A stretch of 59,634 bases of DNA, filler included, from Sphacelaria rigidula (taxonomy: Eukaryota), in NCBI GenBank assembly GCA_964200075.2. It is 5 parts of 5 records of this genome, joined end to end, with 100 filler letters (N's around TTAATTAATTAA, not from the genome) between each part and the next. Parts side by side here need not be neighbours in the genome. Positions count along the whole stretch, not along the records: positions 35,843 to 47,688 come from CAXNAA020004428.1; positions 47,789 to 59,634 come from CAXNAA020004429.1; 3 more parts are not named here. The stretch is one strand, 5' to 3'. Shown here one piece after another: positions 36,470 through 48,968 of the stretch. The notes below the pieces were generated by a model. The model did not search any database, was not told the origin of the DNA, and saw only the letters and a list, made by a program, of their open reading frames with translations. The position numbers were made by a program, and so were the translations under genes. Each line of letters begins with the position of its first letter. The stretch's first letter is position 1.

Positions 36470-39083
36470 GTTACAACCCCTCAACCGTGATGATGTGCAA
36501 GCAGCTACGCCTCGAGTCAGATGAACAATCCGCTGCGTCAACCCGTCTTTCACATGCGGTAGTCGCCATTGCGCTGTAATACGTCAAAACTCTCGACGGC
36601 AAACACGGCCCGGGTGCGCTGGAAAAGTGCGTGAGCAATCGTGGTTGCACGCCCTGCTCACAGCTATCAAGGCATCAAAGCTCTGCCGAAACGAGGTGAA
36701 AAAACGCATATGGGTGCAGCTGCCTGTACACTCATTCAGTTATTGTAGTACACTACTGGGCTACCAAAGAAGCGCAAAGGTATTACAGGGTGAGGCAAAC
36801 AGATTAACCCAGCATGAAGCTGCCATACTCCCAGTGATAGATGGTAACAGCGGTCGGCCTTGCAGCAGCACAATGTACAGTCCACCGCCAGAGGTGTTTG
36901 CGGGTGCCCGTCTGAGCAACTTGCCCAGTAGGGTCCGCAGTTTTGTTTTGCCGGGGCGGATCATTTTTTTTCGCGGGATTTACCCACAGACTGGCTGTAA
37001 AGCACTCATTACATGCATGCGACTTGATGCCACGAAGCAATGCGCTTCGCCTCAGCAAACATGGGCAAATCAAACAGGTGGGGTGCAACTATAGACTACA
37101 CGCATAGTACAGCGCAGCATGATGAGAACTGTACGAGCACAGTAGATTTTGGGACATTGTACCGAGGGCCTGAAAACTAGAACACTCCCCAGGCATATGA
37201 AATTAGTTGCTAGGTTGGACTGAACATAACGAATGCGCGTTTTTTTTCTTTTGTGCGAGTCAATGAATATGTCTTTCTGGGTAGCGGCTTTTATCAACTT
37301 TCGCACGAAACTACACTTATTGCAGACCTGACATATAGCCTATGCATGTTACTTCTATGATACACACTTGGGCTTCCATCAAAATGAAATAATATTCCAC
37401 ATCTCGAAACACATCTTACACGAAATGCTCGGAATATCTACAACCGCAACCATCGGATTTTTCTTTTTCTTTTGTCATAGACCGCAGACAAGAAGAAAAA
37501 CGCGACATCCGGCACTGCTCATCCACACGCGACACCCACGCCGTATTTCTTTTCTGGCCTCTCATGTAGCGCAAGTCCTTCTCTTGACGCGACTAAATAC
37601 TCATCATGCATGTGAGCACCCACATCGCTCATACCACATGACGTGATGGGCATAACGATCGACAATCCTCGCATCCAGGGCAAGTCGTCTTTTCCCGGGC
37701 AGGATCAAATGAGAAGACACGGACTGACCCGAGAGCCCAAAAGGAGACTTTTTTGGGAGCCGTTGACTCCAAAAATGCATTGCTTGCCAACGCGGATGGT
37801 TGTTCTACAGTTACCCCGTTAAAACACTCGACGATTATATCAGTGCAATGTTTTATGCTGTCACTACAATCGAAGTGTGATCATCACTGCATGTCTACGT
37901 GTACATTGCCTTGGCACCGAGGTAGCTCGTACACTTCTACACGCACAACATTATTGACGATACGTAGATTGGTCTCCCATCACTTCACAAGGGTACGAAG
38001 TAATTAACTACTCCCGGGGGTCAGCACTGTTTATGGGTGAGTATGATTGTAGTTATATATATATATATATATGCTCGCGGCGCATCGATGAACTACATGA
38101 AACAACGGGCAATAAGCCGAGACCCCCACTATATATGTAGGTCCCAAGCCGTGGTAATACACGGGTTACTGACTCGCACGACCCTGGACTACAGCCCCAC
38201 TAGATCTTCCAGGACCCCCCAACGTACACGGCTCCCCGCGCGCAAATTCCCCGCGCACAATATTACCCGAACCGTTGATACATGGACAGCATGCGAGACT
38301 AATCGGAACTAATTGAGTTTTTTTTTAATGCGAGACATGAGCTCAATTTGTTTTTCTTGTTTTTTTCTCTTGTTTTTACACCTGAACGGTACTAAAACGA
38401 CATGCACCCAAGTCACGTTCCACTCCTGAACAGACAGGTGGCTTTCACTGATAAAGAAACACAATGCTCACTCACCCCATCGACAACAATCATGAAATGC
38501 CAATCAATTTTGTCACCCTACATGTCAATATTATGTATCAGCAACCCGGTCAACTGACTACAGATACCGACAGACCCCAAAAAAAAAGAAAAAAAGAAAG
38601 GCTCATGTCCTGCACAAAATAAATCGTCATTCAGGATCGTTTAACCGCAAGCGACCGTCAACCAGCGTTACATTTTGTTTGTACATTTGTTTTCAGCCCC
38701 ACACTTTTTTGTGTTGTACATCGATACACGACCAACGCTAAATCGGGGTATATATCGCCTACTGGGTAAGCACCGACTAGAATTCAAGTGTTACTGATAT
38801 TAGTTTGTGTTGTCAATATTCATTTCTTTTTTCTGATAAAATTTCGAGTTCATTTAATTTTATTATCTCAATAAAATAGTGAGGAACTACAATTTAGTTT
38901 ATTATTGGTCTGTGCTTATTCTTGTTTTCCGTCAGCGTCTCCTACGCCGTTCTGTGCAACTTTTCCCTATCCGTCGTGGACATCGTCGAGACAGGTTCAG
39001 GTAACAACCACACATGCTTAGTATACACATTCATGCACTGAAAAACCATACGCACATCCTCACGCTACTCCCCACAGGTAAGC

Positions 39084-41003
39084 ATGAACACGTACGCTCA
39101 TGCCGCCGCTATTGGACAAGTGGGGGGAGTCTACCAGCACGCACCCCCCCAGGCTCAACCGGCCCAAATACCGGCCTCGGCAGCCCAACCACCTCTTCCG
39201 CCCGCCGGTGGTGGCTGGTATATGCCCCCCGTAGGAAAACCTGGAGCCCCTGCTCCTTACTCCCTTCCCCAGCAACAACCAGCACAGGGAATATCCCATC
39301 CACAACAAGGAAATGTAGTACCACCTCCACCCCCACCGCGCCCTTATCCACAAGCTGTTAACCAGCACCCCCAGGGGTATACGCAACCATCAACCGTACC
39401 GGCAACCATATCCAACCAGGGAGGCGGACCGTCGGCACAACAATAGGCACTTCATCCGGGCGCCAGCGTTGCCTCACAGGGGAACCCAGGTATGACGTAC
39501 AACCATAAACTATCTCCAGACGCACGGAGTAAAGCTATCCGCCGCATTCACAGTAAACTAGGAAATACTTCAGAGCCGGTTTTTGTCGGACTAGGTGGGG
39601 GCAAAGTAGAAACATCACACACTACATGCGCTGTTATATTCGCTGACAAGCTAGTCAAGATACTCAGAAGCATCGACCAAGGAATATGGGCCCTTCCTAC
39701 CGACACCAATCCTCAAACAGGCGTTTACCGCCCACTTCCGTCCTGGATGTCTTCTCCCCGTAAACAGCTACTTAGCGAACTACAAAGCGGTAGAGCTGTG
39801 GAAGTCCCCACTAGTCACGGGTCATCCATAACGCTACAACCCGACGAAGTCTCAGTAACCGAATGGCTCAGTAAACTAGTGCGGGAATCCGCCCTCCAAC
39901 CCGGAGCAGTAGAGGCCGCACGACTCGCCCTAGATAACCTAAAGAAAAAACAGGGAGAAGCTTGGTCGGCCGCCGCTCGTCGCCTAGTGTTGCTCTACAG
40001 GGCCTTCACTGTAGACTCGGAAATGCCTCACGCGTCCGAAGAGATTTATTTCTGGAGACATATTTCCGAGGCCCACCTTAATGATCTAATTGCACGAGCT
40101 CTCAGACTCCTCATTCCCTCTGCCTTGGACCAGTCTAGTCTGCAATCGATCATGCATCACCAGGTGATGAGCGTGTCACTAGAACTACGACCCTTGCGGG
40201 TAGAAGCACAAGATCCATTGGGAGCGAGAATGGCGAACAGAGGAAATGTAGCTCCGAGGATTCTCTTCGACTTTGTGAAGCTGTTGGGAAACAGAAGCAC
40301 TGCGTACCTAGACTCAACACCCCCCACCAAGCCTACCTCACGCAATACGTCTCGCGCAGCGTCCATCGCTGATCTCCGCGCCCTGATGGGACAGTCGAAA
40401 CAAGATTTAGAGAAGGCACTCCTTACCAGACACAACGCGATCGTAGCATGCAGCGGAGGTAGCGTGAACATACAACCAAACCCAACCATTTGCTCTCATT
40501 CCCAACAAAGTATCTGGCAATCGCCAAGCTCATTGTGTCATCACTGCGCACCTACATGCCAGACAGCAAATCCTACCTTAAGTTGTCACAGCACAGTAGC
40601 AGCCTTTTCCAACCAACCCGCCATATTACCGGGTCAGCACGGTGTACCGTTCTCTGGGAAACCCAAACAATTCAATAACACCTCGCACGCAAGTACATAC
40701 CAAGGAGGTTCCCCACCAACTACAACCCAGGGCCAAGCGGGCACTGCTACGATCAGCAACCCCCCTTCACCAGAGTCTCAACGTACGAAGATCATCGCTT
40801 TCTTGCGCAACGCACGAATTTGCTTTCGACACGCCTTTGAGGTAGAATGCAGACGCCCGCGGTGCCCCTACATACACGAGGTGAATATCTTACCGAGGGA
40901 CTTTTACTCTCAGACATACCGATCACAACCAGGAGGCGCGAAGCGCACACACCAAGCTGATGAATCAGAACAACCCAACAAAAACCTCGTCGCATCACGG
41001 TAA
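39084..41003 (+). pseudogene. gag: gag-like ORF with a premature TAG at 39444
   Basis: ORFs 39084-39446 (P/Q-rich) and 39492-41003 share a frame. C-terminal CFRHAFEVECRRPRCPYIH; lies upstream of pol. Confidence 0.75.
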
Positions 41004-41333
41004 TTCCTGAGCAACTCGAAATGATTTCAGCTAATACCGGACTCGAATTTGAGAGCGACCAGGAAGACGGAGCAGGGCACACCACCTGAAGGTGCGCCCC
41101 AGGTAGTACCTCACTCCCGGGAACCTCAACGATGTGCCCTCACCGAAACCCTCCAGTAGTACCAATCCAGCACGAAGCGAGTGTAGCCACGTACCAACGG
41201 TCGAAGAAAGAGGAGATGTTGCTGCGGCCGCCGAACGTATTGCCACAAACAAGAATCGCAAAGCACAAGTTTGGGTACAGGCAAAAATCTGGCATCCCCA
41301 TAAGTTGAGCATGCGACTTCTGTCTCCGTCCTG

Positions 41334-44300
41334 TTGGACACGGGTGCTGGTGGGGGAAACTATGTGTCCGGTACTTTCTGGCAGTTGATTTGTAAGTGGG
41401 GAGAAGTACCGGATCGCAAACTAGATAAGAGAGGTGCAGGCGCGTTGAGGGCAGCAAACCTGGAGGAAAACAAGGTACCGCCGATGGAAATTCTAGGCTC
41501 CTCTACAATACCAGTCATCTTTCCCCCAGAAGATAAAGTACGCATCATCGCAGTACGTGTAGTCAAGGGCTTTCCATACGCACTGGTACTGGGCGCTGCA
41601 TTCTTCCGCGAACACTCAAGCGTCCTATCATTTGACAAACATCAAGGCTTCTGCCCCACGCCCGAAGCATCATGGATGCCGCTCGACACCCGTAGCTCGA
41701 TACTCTCGCCAAATACTGAACTATCAAGTGCGAACCCGTTGGCTGCGAAAGACATTCAAGCATCAAATGATTCGGAGAATATGTCTGACGTAGCCGAGGG
41801 GGTCACAACAGAAGCCAAGAGTGCCACAACAAATGGTACACCATCGGAATTGGCCCCGTTGTCAGCAGAAGGTGTACAAGCGTCGAATGATTCGAAGGTC
41901 ATACCCGACGTAGCCGAGGTATTATGGGACACGTTCTGTGCTGTCATACCCGGGGAAGAAGTTGAAGAACCAGAGCTGTACCCCCCGTCTACACTAGACG
42001 CCTTCAACCCCTCCATCGCAACGATCACAGACAGGATAGTGAGTAACACACTCATGGGTAAGGCAGTTTGGGAAGACGACAGTACTCTGCAGTGGGCATT
42101 CTCCCTACCCTCGCCGCTACAACTATCAGGCTTTGTCAGCACAGCAGTAGAGGGACGCACCAAAGGTCCCCTCTCTCAAGTACGGCAACTGGTACTGATA
42201 TTACCTACCGAGGACTACGACTTAGAGAAAGGCGCGGTGCTAGGCGTAGCGAGAGGTATTTAGTGGTGAGAGCCAGGTACACCTGTAGTATGCAGCATAG
42301 TGAACAGGAGCCCCAGCCAGAGCTTCATTGAGGCAAAAAAGCAGATAGCACAGATAGTGGCGGTCAATATCGATGACGAGGAACGCTTCCACGCGCTTTT
42401 CCTCCCATCTAACCCCGAAAACAGCGAGGACGACAGATCACACTATACACAAGCACGGACGTCACATGAAGACAACGAGGAAGGAAAGAGACGGACGACA
42501 ACGCAATCATGTCCAATCTCAATGACGTCAACCTCGGACAGCTCAGCACTCCTGAAAAACAAAAGCTTTTATCACTTACGAGTTCCGGCATCAAATAATT
42601 TTCCCAGCAGACCCGAAAAAAGTCCGCCCTCGTGACCAAGGTAAAATTCGCATTCCGTTGAGAGATGAACGATGTAAATCTGTGGCAACAAAGCAGCGAC
42701 GTTTTTCACCCGCCGAAACTGAAGCAATACAAGCCGAAGTAGAAACACGTTACCAACGAGGTATCATTCGTCGGTCAGAGTCGGAATGGGCAGCAAGATC
42801 ACTCGCGGTACCACACAAAGACGGCACGCTACGCCTTTGCCATGACTACAGGGGACTGGATGATCCCACGGAAACAGACAGCGGGGGTCTGGGGGACATC
42901 GGGAGCATGCACGACAGGCTAAGTGGAAATGATATTTTTACACATTAGATCTCGCCTCAGGGTACTCTCAACTCGAAATCGAGGAGAATGGCAAACACAA
43001 AACAGCCTTCAGAGACGCCCTCGGCCAACTTTGGGAATACAACAGGTGTAGCTTCAGATTGAAGAAGCTCCCATCCGGCTTCACCAGAGGTATATCCAAA
43101 GCCCTAGGCTCTCTCATAGGTAAAGGAGTTCAGGTATGGTTGGACGACATCCTCAGGTATGGTTGGACGACATCCTCAGGTATGGTTGGACGACATCCTC
43201 ATCTTCAGCAAAACACTCTCTGAACACCTGTACCTAATACGGAAAGTTCTCTCGGCTCTGTTGGAAGCAAAGTACTCTGTCAACTTTGCGAAGTCGTCAT
43301 GGTGCATGCTTAACCAGGAATTCCTGGGGATGATGATCGACCGCGAGGGAAGACGTCCGGCCCCATCCAAAATCGAGGCAGTCAGTAAACTCTCACCCCC
43401 GAACACGGTAAAAGAGCTACGGGCTTTCCTCGTCATGACCGGTTACATGCGATCATTCGTCGAACATTACAGGACTATCGCAGCCCCCCTGGCCGACGTC
43501 CTACGTGATCCTCGCTTCCAGTCAAAACGCGCTAAAAAACTGAAAATCCGTTGGGACGACGGAAAGCAACAAGCCTTCGAGAAGCTGAAGGAGGCACTCA
43601 TATCCCCACCGGTTCTAGCATACCCCTCGTGGGAACACCCCTTCACCCTACACACCGACGCGAGTATTTTGGGGGCTGGCGCGACACTGTGCCAAATGAT
43701 AGATGGCGTCGAGAAGGTAGTAGCATAAGCTAGTCATCGGTTCTCGCGTACAGACTCACTGAGGGCAGCAACGCATCGAGAATGCATGGCAGCATTGTGG
43801 GCGACGGGGCACTTCAGACCATATACTACAGGTAGGAGATTTGGCCTTGTAACAGATTGCAGCGCACTCCTCTGGTTATTCAGAAGCAGAGATCTCGGAC
43901 CCAAATTACATCGATGGGCCCTACGATTGATGGAGTACAAAATGACAGTACGCTGGCGAGTAGGCACATGCCACCAACTCCCCGATGCTTTATCCCGCCT
44001 ATTTGGCAACACCGCAGAAGGTACAGATGTTGACGACGCTTTCCCGAATGACTCCACCCTAAAATCCGACCGGTGCACGAAGGGCCCGCAAGGACCGGTG
44101 TTGGACGGAGTCCCCTTGAGCCAACTAGGGGAAGAGAAAGGGATACTGGTGGGATCTGCTTCCATCACAGCGTTGTGGTCGATGACAGCCCCGACAGAGA
44201 GCAAGGACTCCCCTACAAATGAATTCACACAGCGAAAACCTGGCCAGATATCTAACACACAAACTCATGAAGTGGAAGCAAGCGGAACGATGACTCAGCT

Positions 44301-46392
44301 GTCGGAAATGCCATTCGCCCGAGAAAAGGTGGTAGCTCTGCATGATGACGTCCAGAACGAACCACGTAGATCTAGCAGAGCCCGCATCCGTTTTGTCAGC
44401 CTCAAGGATTTCATAACCGACGAACCCATTTCCGTACCGCAGAGCATCCCCCCAGCCCACACAGACACCCAGCAGACACTGTCGAGCAGCCAGGAATCGA
44501 GTCCTGTTATCGTCGAGGAACACAAGAACAACCACTCCAGAAGTGCCTCGCCCAATAGTCACGACTCAGTCATCAACAGAGCGATCAATACTCTATCTGA
44601 TTTACCCAGCCTAATCGAGAACCAGAAAAACGACCCTCACCTGAGCCAGATCCGAGCTTTTCTACTCAACGAGACGGAAAAGGCATCAGGAACTACATCA
44701 GATAGCTACATCGTAGACGACCATGACCTGGCCTGCTGTGGTTAACCGGAAATAAGACTAGACCGACGTTAGCCATTCCACGACGGCTTGTTCCTGATCT
44801 AATAGCACTTGTACACGCACACTACGGACACACGGGAGTAGCGCACACCACGATCCTGCCACGAAACCATTTTCACCGGAACGGTATGAACAAAGACTGC
44901 CGTGACTACGTTCTCGCATGCGGATGCAGACGCAGGAAAAGAGCACGAACTCAACAAGTGGGAATGCTACCGAGCCGATTTTTGCTTCCCTGGGATGTAC
45001 TAGAAATCGACTTTCAGGATATGCATCGTACATCCGCATCAGGCAATCGATACATACTACTGATTGTCGACCGAGCTTCGATATTTCTCTTCGTATATCC
45101 CACACCTACGAAGGGGTCAGCACCGGTAGCCCGCATCCTGTTGAACCTGTGTCTAACATTCGGCATGCCCAGATCTATCCGCAGCAACAAGGGGGCAGAG
45201 GTCACAGAAAGTGTAGTAAGGGATCTATGCAGATGGCTCAGAGTATTTCTGGACTATGGACCCGCAGATCATTCGAGAGGTCAGGGTGCAGTTGAAAGGG
45301 CAGGGGCTTGGATGCATGACACACTATCCGAACTATGCAAATCATGGCCTGACAGGTGGGACGAGTATGTGGATCCAGCATGCTGGATCAAACGTACACT
45401 CCCAGACCCACCCGTCCCCTTCAACATGTCCCCGTTTCAAATCGTTTTCGGTCGTGATCCTAGAACCACTCTAGACATCCTTGTACCACAGCTGGACGGT
45501 AATGACTCCGCGACAGGCTTGGACAACTTCGTTGAACAGAGGAAACGAAAACTTGACCAGGGTATTAAGTGGGTCCTGGAAACAAGACAGCAGAGCAAAC
45601 AAAAAGAAAGACAGAAACATAACGCAAACATCACAAGGCACTCCCCAGGAACGTCGGCTAAGATGGGAGATCTGATGCTAGTTCGAGAACTAGAAAGTAC
45701 GTTGCATAGGGATGGACAGGACCAAAAACTAACACACGAAAAATGGACGGGACCGTGGGAGGTAGCAGCCACCCCTATTCCGGGGATCAGTGTAGAGGTA
45801 TCGATGCAAGGAAGGAAACTACGCCACAGGGCCGTCTCCACCACGGCTCTCAGACCGTTCCATCAGCGTCGACCTGAACTGAGACACGCAATGGAGGATG
45901 GGTTCGCCCAGCTAGCATGGGGACCGGACCTAGGACTCGCTGACATCTCTACAGTAGCCTCACCTCTGTACACACTAACGAACAGGAAAAGTACAACTAC
46001 GGCACCTATCTCAACGGTGTGGGAGTATAAAGGCAGGTATCAGGATGGACAGGAATCCGACTGGCTGACGGAAGCGGAAGTGTTGGACAGTTTTTCGCCC
46101 CTCCAAGTAGATGTGTTTCATGCCATATGGGACATGTATCACCCGTCGGTGAGACCCTACCTACAATCTAATCAGGGACAAGTCCACACCGACAAGAGAC
46201 AGGGAAGAGGCTGCGATGATGTACCCGATAGGAACACAGGTAAGACGGTCAGCGGACGACGGAGTAGGCGAAGGAGTAGGGAAAGGCGAGGTATATGATT
46301 ACCTTGGTCCATACTGGCGAGTGAGATACCCGAACGGTGAGTGATTGGAGTTCAGCAGGAGGGAAATGCGTAAATTAGTGTTTTTGAAGTGA
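41334..46392 (+). pseudogene. pol: pol (protease, RT, RNase H, integrase) broken by stops and frameshifts
   Basis: PR LDTGAGGNYVS...LVLGAAF; RT GIIRRSESEWAA, KDGTLRLCHDYRGL, LDLASGYSQ, KHKTAF, VWLDDIL; RNase H FTLHTDAS, ECMAALWA, VTDCSAL, RWALRLMEY; IN HAHYGHTG, CGC, IDFQD, LLIVDRAS, GQGAVER, SPFQIVFG, KWTGPW. In-frame stops at 42261 and 43726, plus several frameshifts. Confidence 0.95.
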
Positions 46393-46735
46393 GTGATACC
46401 CAACACACCCCGTCACTGAATCTACGCCATCAGACGCGTATCCTCCCGAGTGAGTACCCCACAGGTGAAGAACCCAACGCAGGGTTGAACAAGGGGGAAC
46501 GAGCACTCAAGCTCGGATACGCTATCGAAGATGAGGAAGTTTCCGTGTCCCATGGGTGCAGCCGAAAACTGGGAGCAGCCGAAAACTAGGTGCAGCCGAA
46601 ACGGGCCTCTATCCCGTATTCCCAACCATAGAGGTGTGAGTGGAGTTTCCCCCTTCCATTCCATACGGCCTTCGATCGATTGCGTTGGTCTCTCCTCAAT
46701 AAGTGATACCTGGTAAAACACTTGGCAAGTCTATT

Positions 46736-46744
46736 GAGGGGGGA
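46736..46744 (+). other. Polypurine tract before the 3' LTR
   Basis: GAGGGGGGA directly followed by TGTTACA, about 350 bp after the end of pol. Confidence 0.75.
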
Positions 46745-47688
46745 TGTTACAGGGTGGATAATGACCCTGTATAGTAGACTACAGAGCAATTGGATCATGG
46801 CTACACCTTCTTCAGTCTAATGATGATTTAGGACATAAACCGTGTGGCCTTGCCCCGTACCGGGTCAGAAGTTAAAACACGCGAAAGCAAAGACCAATTC
46901 TGAAGGCAAACTGATAATCGTCTCCCGACTATTGTATTGCACTTCACATTTGCTGACCGCTGCTAACAACACCCATCATCCGCCAAGGATCGACCCACAT
47001 GCTGAGCAAGGTGCATGCGCACATCTTCACTTCTGCGTCCGGACTGAGACAGGCAAGATCTGACCGGTGTTATGTGATTTCTACCGTAGGTTTACCGTAT
47101 CGGAGTGAAGGTATCACGGTAACTAGGTGGCCAGCGAAGTCTGGCGTGAAACGTGTCCCCGACTGGTAGAGATCCCTGCGCGTCTAACACAGGTACATCT
47201 TTGCGTCTGCGACACAGCATGCGTTATTGAACCAGTACGGTGTACTACAGTATTTGGTACAACACGCAGCATGCGGGGGTTCTATAGAAAAACAACTGGT
47301 TCACCAGAACCCAAGTGCAACAACAATGGACTCGCTGACATCTCTTCTGCGTGTTTCCGAATAAAGCGTCATGAATAATGAGGAGCACTACCGTGACGGG
47401 CTGCCACAGGGAAGTATAGCGCTTTACGCACAACGCGCTAGCACGATGTCGATAACACGGAAAACGCTAGCGCGCGTACTGCTCGAAAATAACGCTCTCC
47501 GCGTGTAATTTAAATCAATGTGACATATTTTATTCAATCAGAGGTAACCCTAGGGGTGTGGAGCTGACACTACTGTGTACCAACCGCATCGTGAGGCATT
47601 CGGCGGTACTACCTGCGAGTCATCCTACGATAGAGGGGGGGTATTTTGGGCCATTTGTTGCTCGAAATTTCGAGTCAGATCGTCGTTG

Positions 47689-47788
47689 NNNNNNNNNNNN
47701 NNNNNNNNNNNNNNNNNNNNNNNNNNNNNNNNTTAATTAATTAANNNNNNNNNNNNNNNNNNNNNNNNNNNNNNNNNNNNNNNNNNNN
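47689..47788. other. Artificial contig linker
   Basis: Same N44-TTAATTAATTAA-N44 spacer. Confidence 0.98.
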
Positions 47789-48061
47789 GGGCCCCCGCGG
47801 TGTTGTGGCCCTCTGCCCCAGGCAGGGGGGGAATCCACCCCCGGGCCCCCCCCCCCCCCCCCCTCCCCTCATCCCCTCCTTCCTCGGAAGGAGTTCGCAC
47901 TTTCGATTAATCGACCCGTGTTTCTCTCAGTAAGTGTCGGGCATTCTGCGATCGAGGATAGAATCAACCCTTCCGCATCCTGTCGAGTCGATTCAAAATC
48001 TTCTTTGCTACTCACATCCTCGCACTTTTTAATGGCGGAAACCAGATAATGCCCCAGAAAC

Positions 48062-48165
48062 ACCGCAGCTGTAGGGATTCGAACTGGCCACCTTTCGCCT
48101 TACGTAGACCCCCGGGTGCGGCGGACAATGGATTATCTGAAACCATCAAATCACCACCTCGTCCG
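48062..48165 (-). mobile_element. Possible tRNA-derived SINE head
   Basis: Minus strand shows an A-box-like TGGTGATTTGATGG and a B-box AGTTCGAATCC, with no cloverleaf. Confidence 0.35.
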
Positions 48166-48968
48166 TGCGATTCATTATTTGATGTGTAGACACACTTCGA
48201 TCCGCGAGCTTCGTTGGTTCCACCCTTTCAGCCGTGTGTCAGCGATTCCTGCATACTTCCATGGAATCGTGCACTTGCTCGCCTGAGTCTTCCTCTCGCG
48301 ACTTTCGTGTCCCCCTACTTTCTCTTTTACACCTCGCTGAAGGGAGACGCTCATCACGTGTTCGCGAGTTCCTTCTTTCCCTGCCATTGCCTGCTTTCCC
48401 TCTTCTCCTTTCTCGCTCTTTTTCCTCCTTCTTTGTTTCTCTCAATCTCTAAGCCGTAGTCTGGGTATGTTTCTTGCCCTTGAAATGTAGCGGGTGAGAC
48501 GTTTTGCCCAAACCGTGCAATTCTGGTATAGCTGAGTTGGAACTCGCTTCCACGGCGTTGTTTCTCACACAGTCTCCTCATCTGACTTCCTGGCAGGGAC
48601 CCGCCAATTCTTGCTCGGGACCGGCTCTACTTCTTAGGTAGCGTTTTTTTACTTCAACTTTCTTATTTTTGCTTTCTCACTTTTTCTTCGGTTTACTCTA
48701 CCTGTGGTCTTTGATCGTCTTTCTTCATTTACTCCCTTTCTCGTGATTCCTTCCGCGGTTTCTTCCGTTTGTTTCACCTTGGGGTACGCCCATCTTGTGA
48801 CAGTGACTGGGTTGGTCCCGGACCAGTTCATCTTAAGTTGCGGCTATCAATCCATTTAATCAATGAACCAACGCAAGGGCATTCAACCATCATGTGTCGG
48901 ACGTCATTCCTATGGCTTCTTCCGTTTGGGATACCCTATGTAACTCCGGGTGGGGCTCAACCAATCAG

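Larger units (their letters stand above)
38028..47263 (+). mobile_element. Ty3/gypsy LTR retrotransposon, degenerate
   Basis: Domain order Gag-PR-RT-RNaseH-IN; PPT GAGGGGGGA at 46736-46744 followed by TG. Outer boundaries are uncertain because the two LTR candidates do not match. Confidence 0.9.

Noticed and set aside
24347-46392. Functional link between the host Tudor gene and the Tudor-bearing retrotransposon
   Set aside because: They are on different contigs that are adjacent only because of length sorting.
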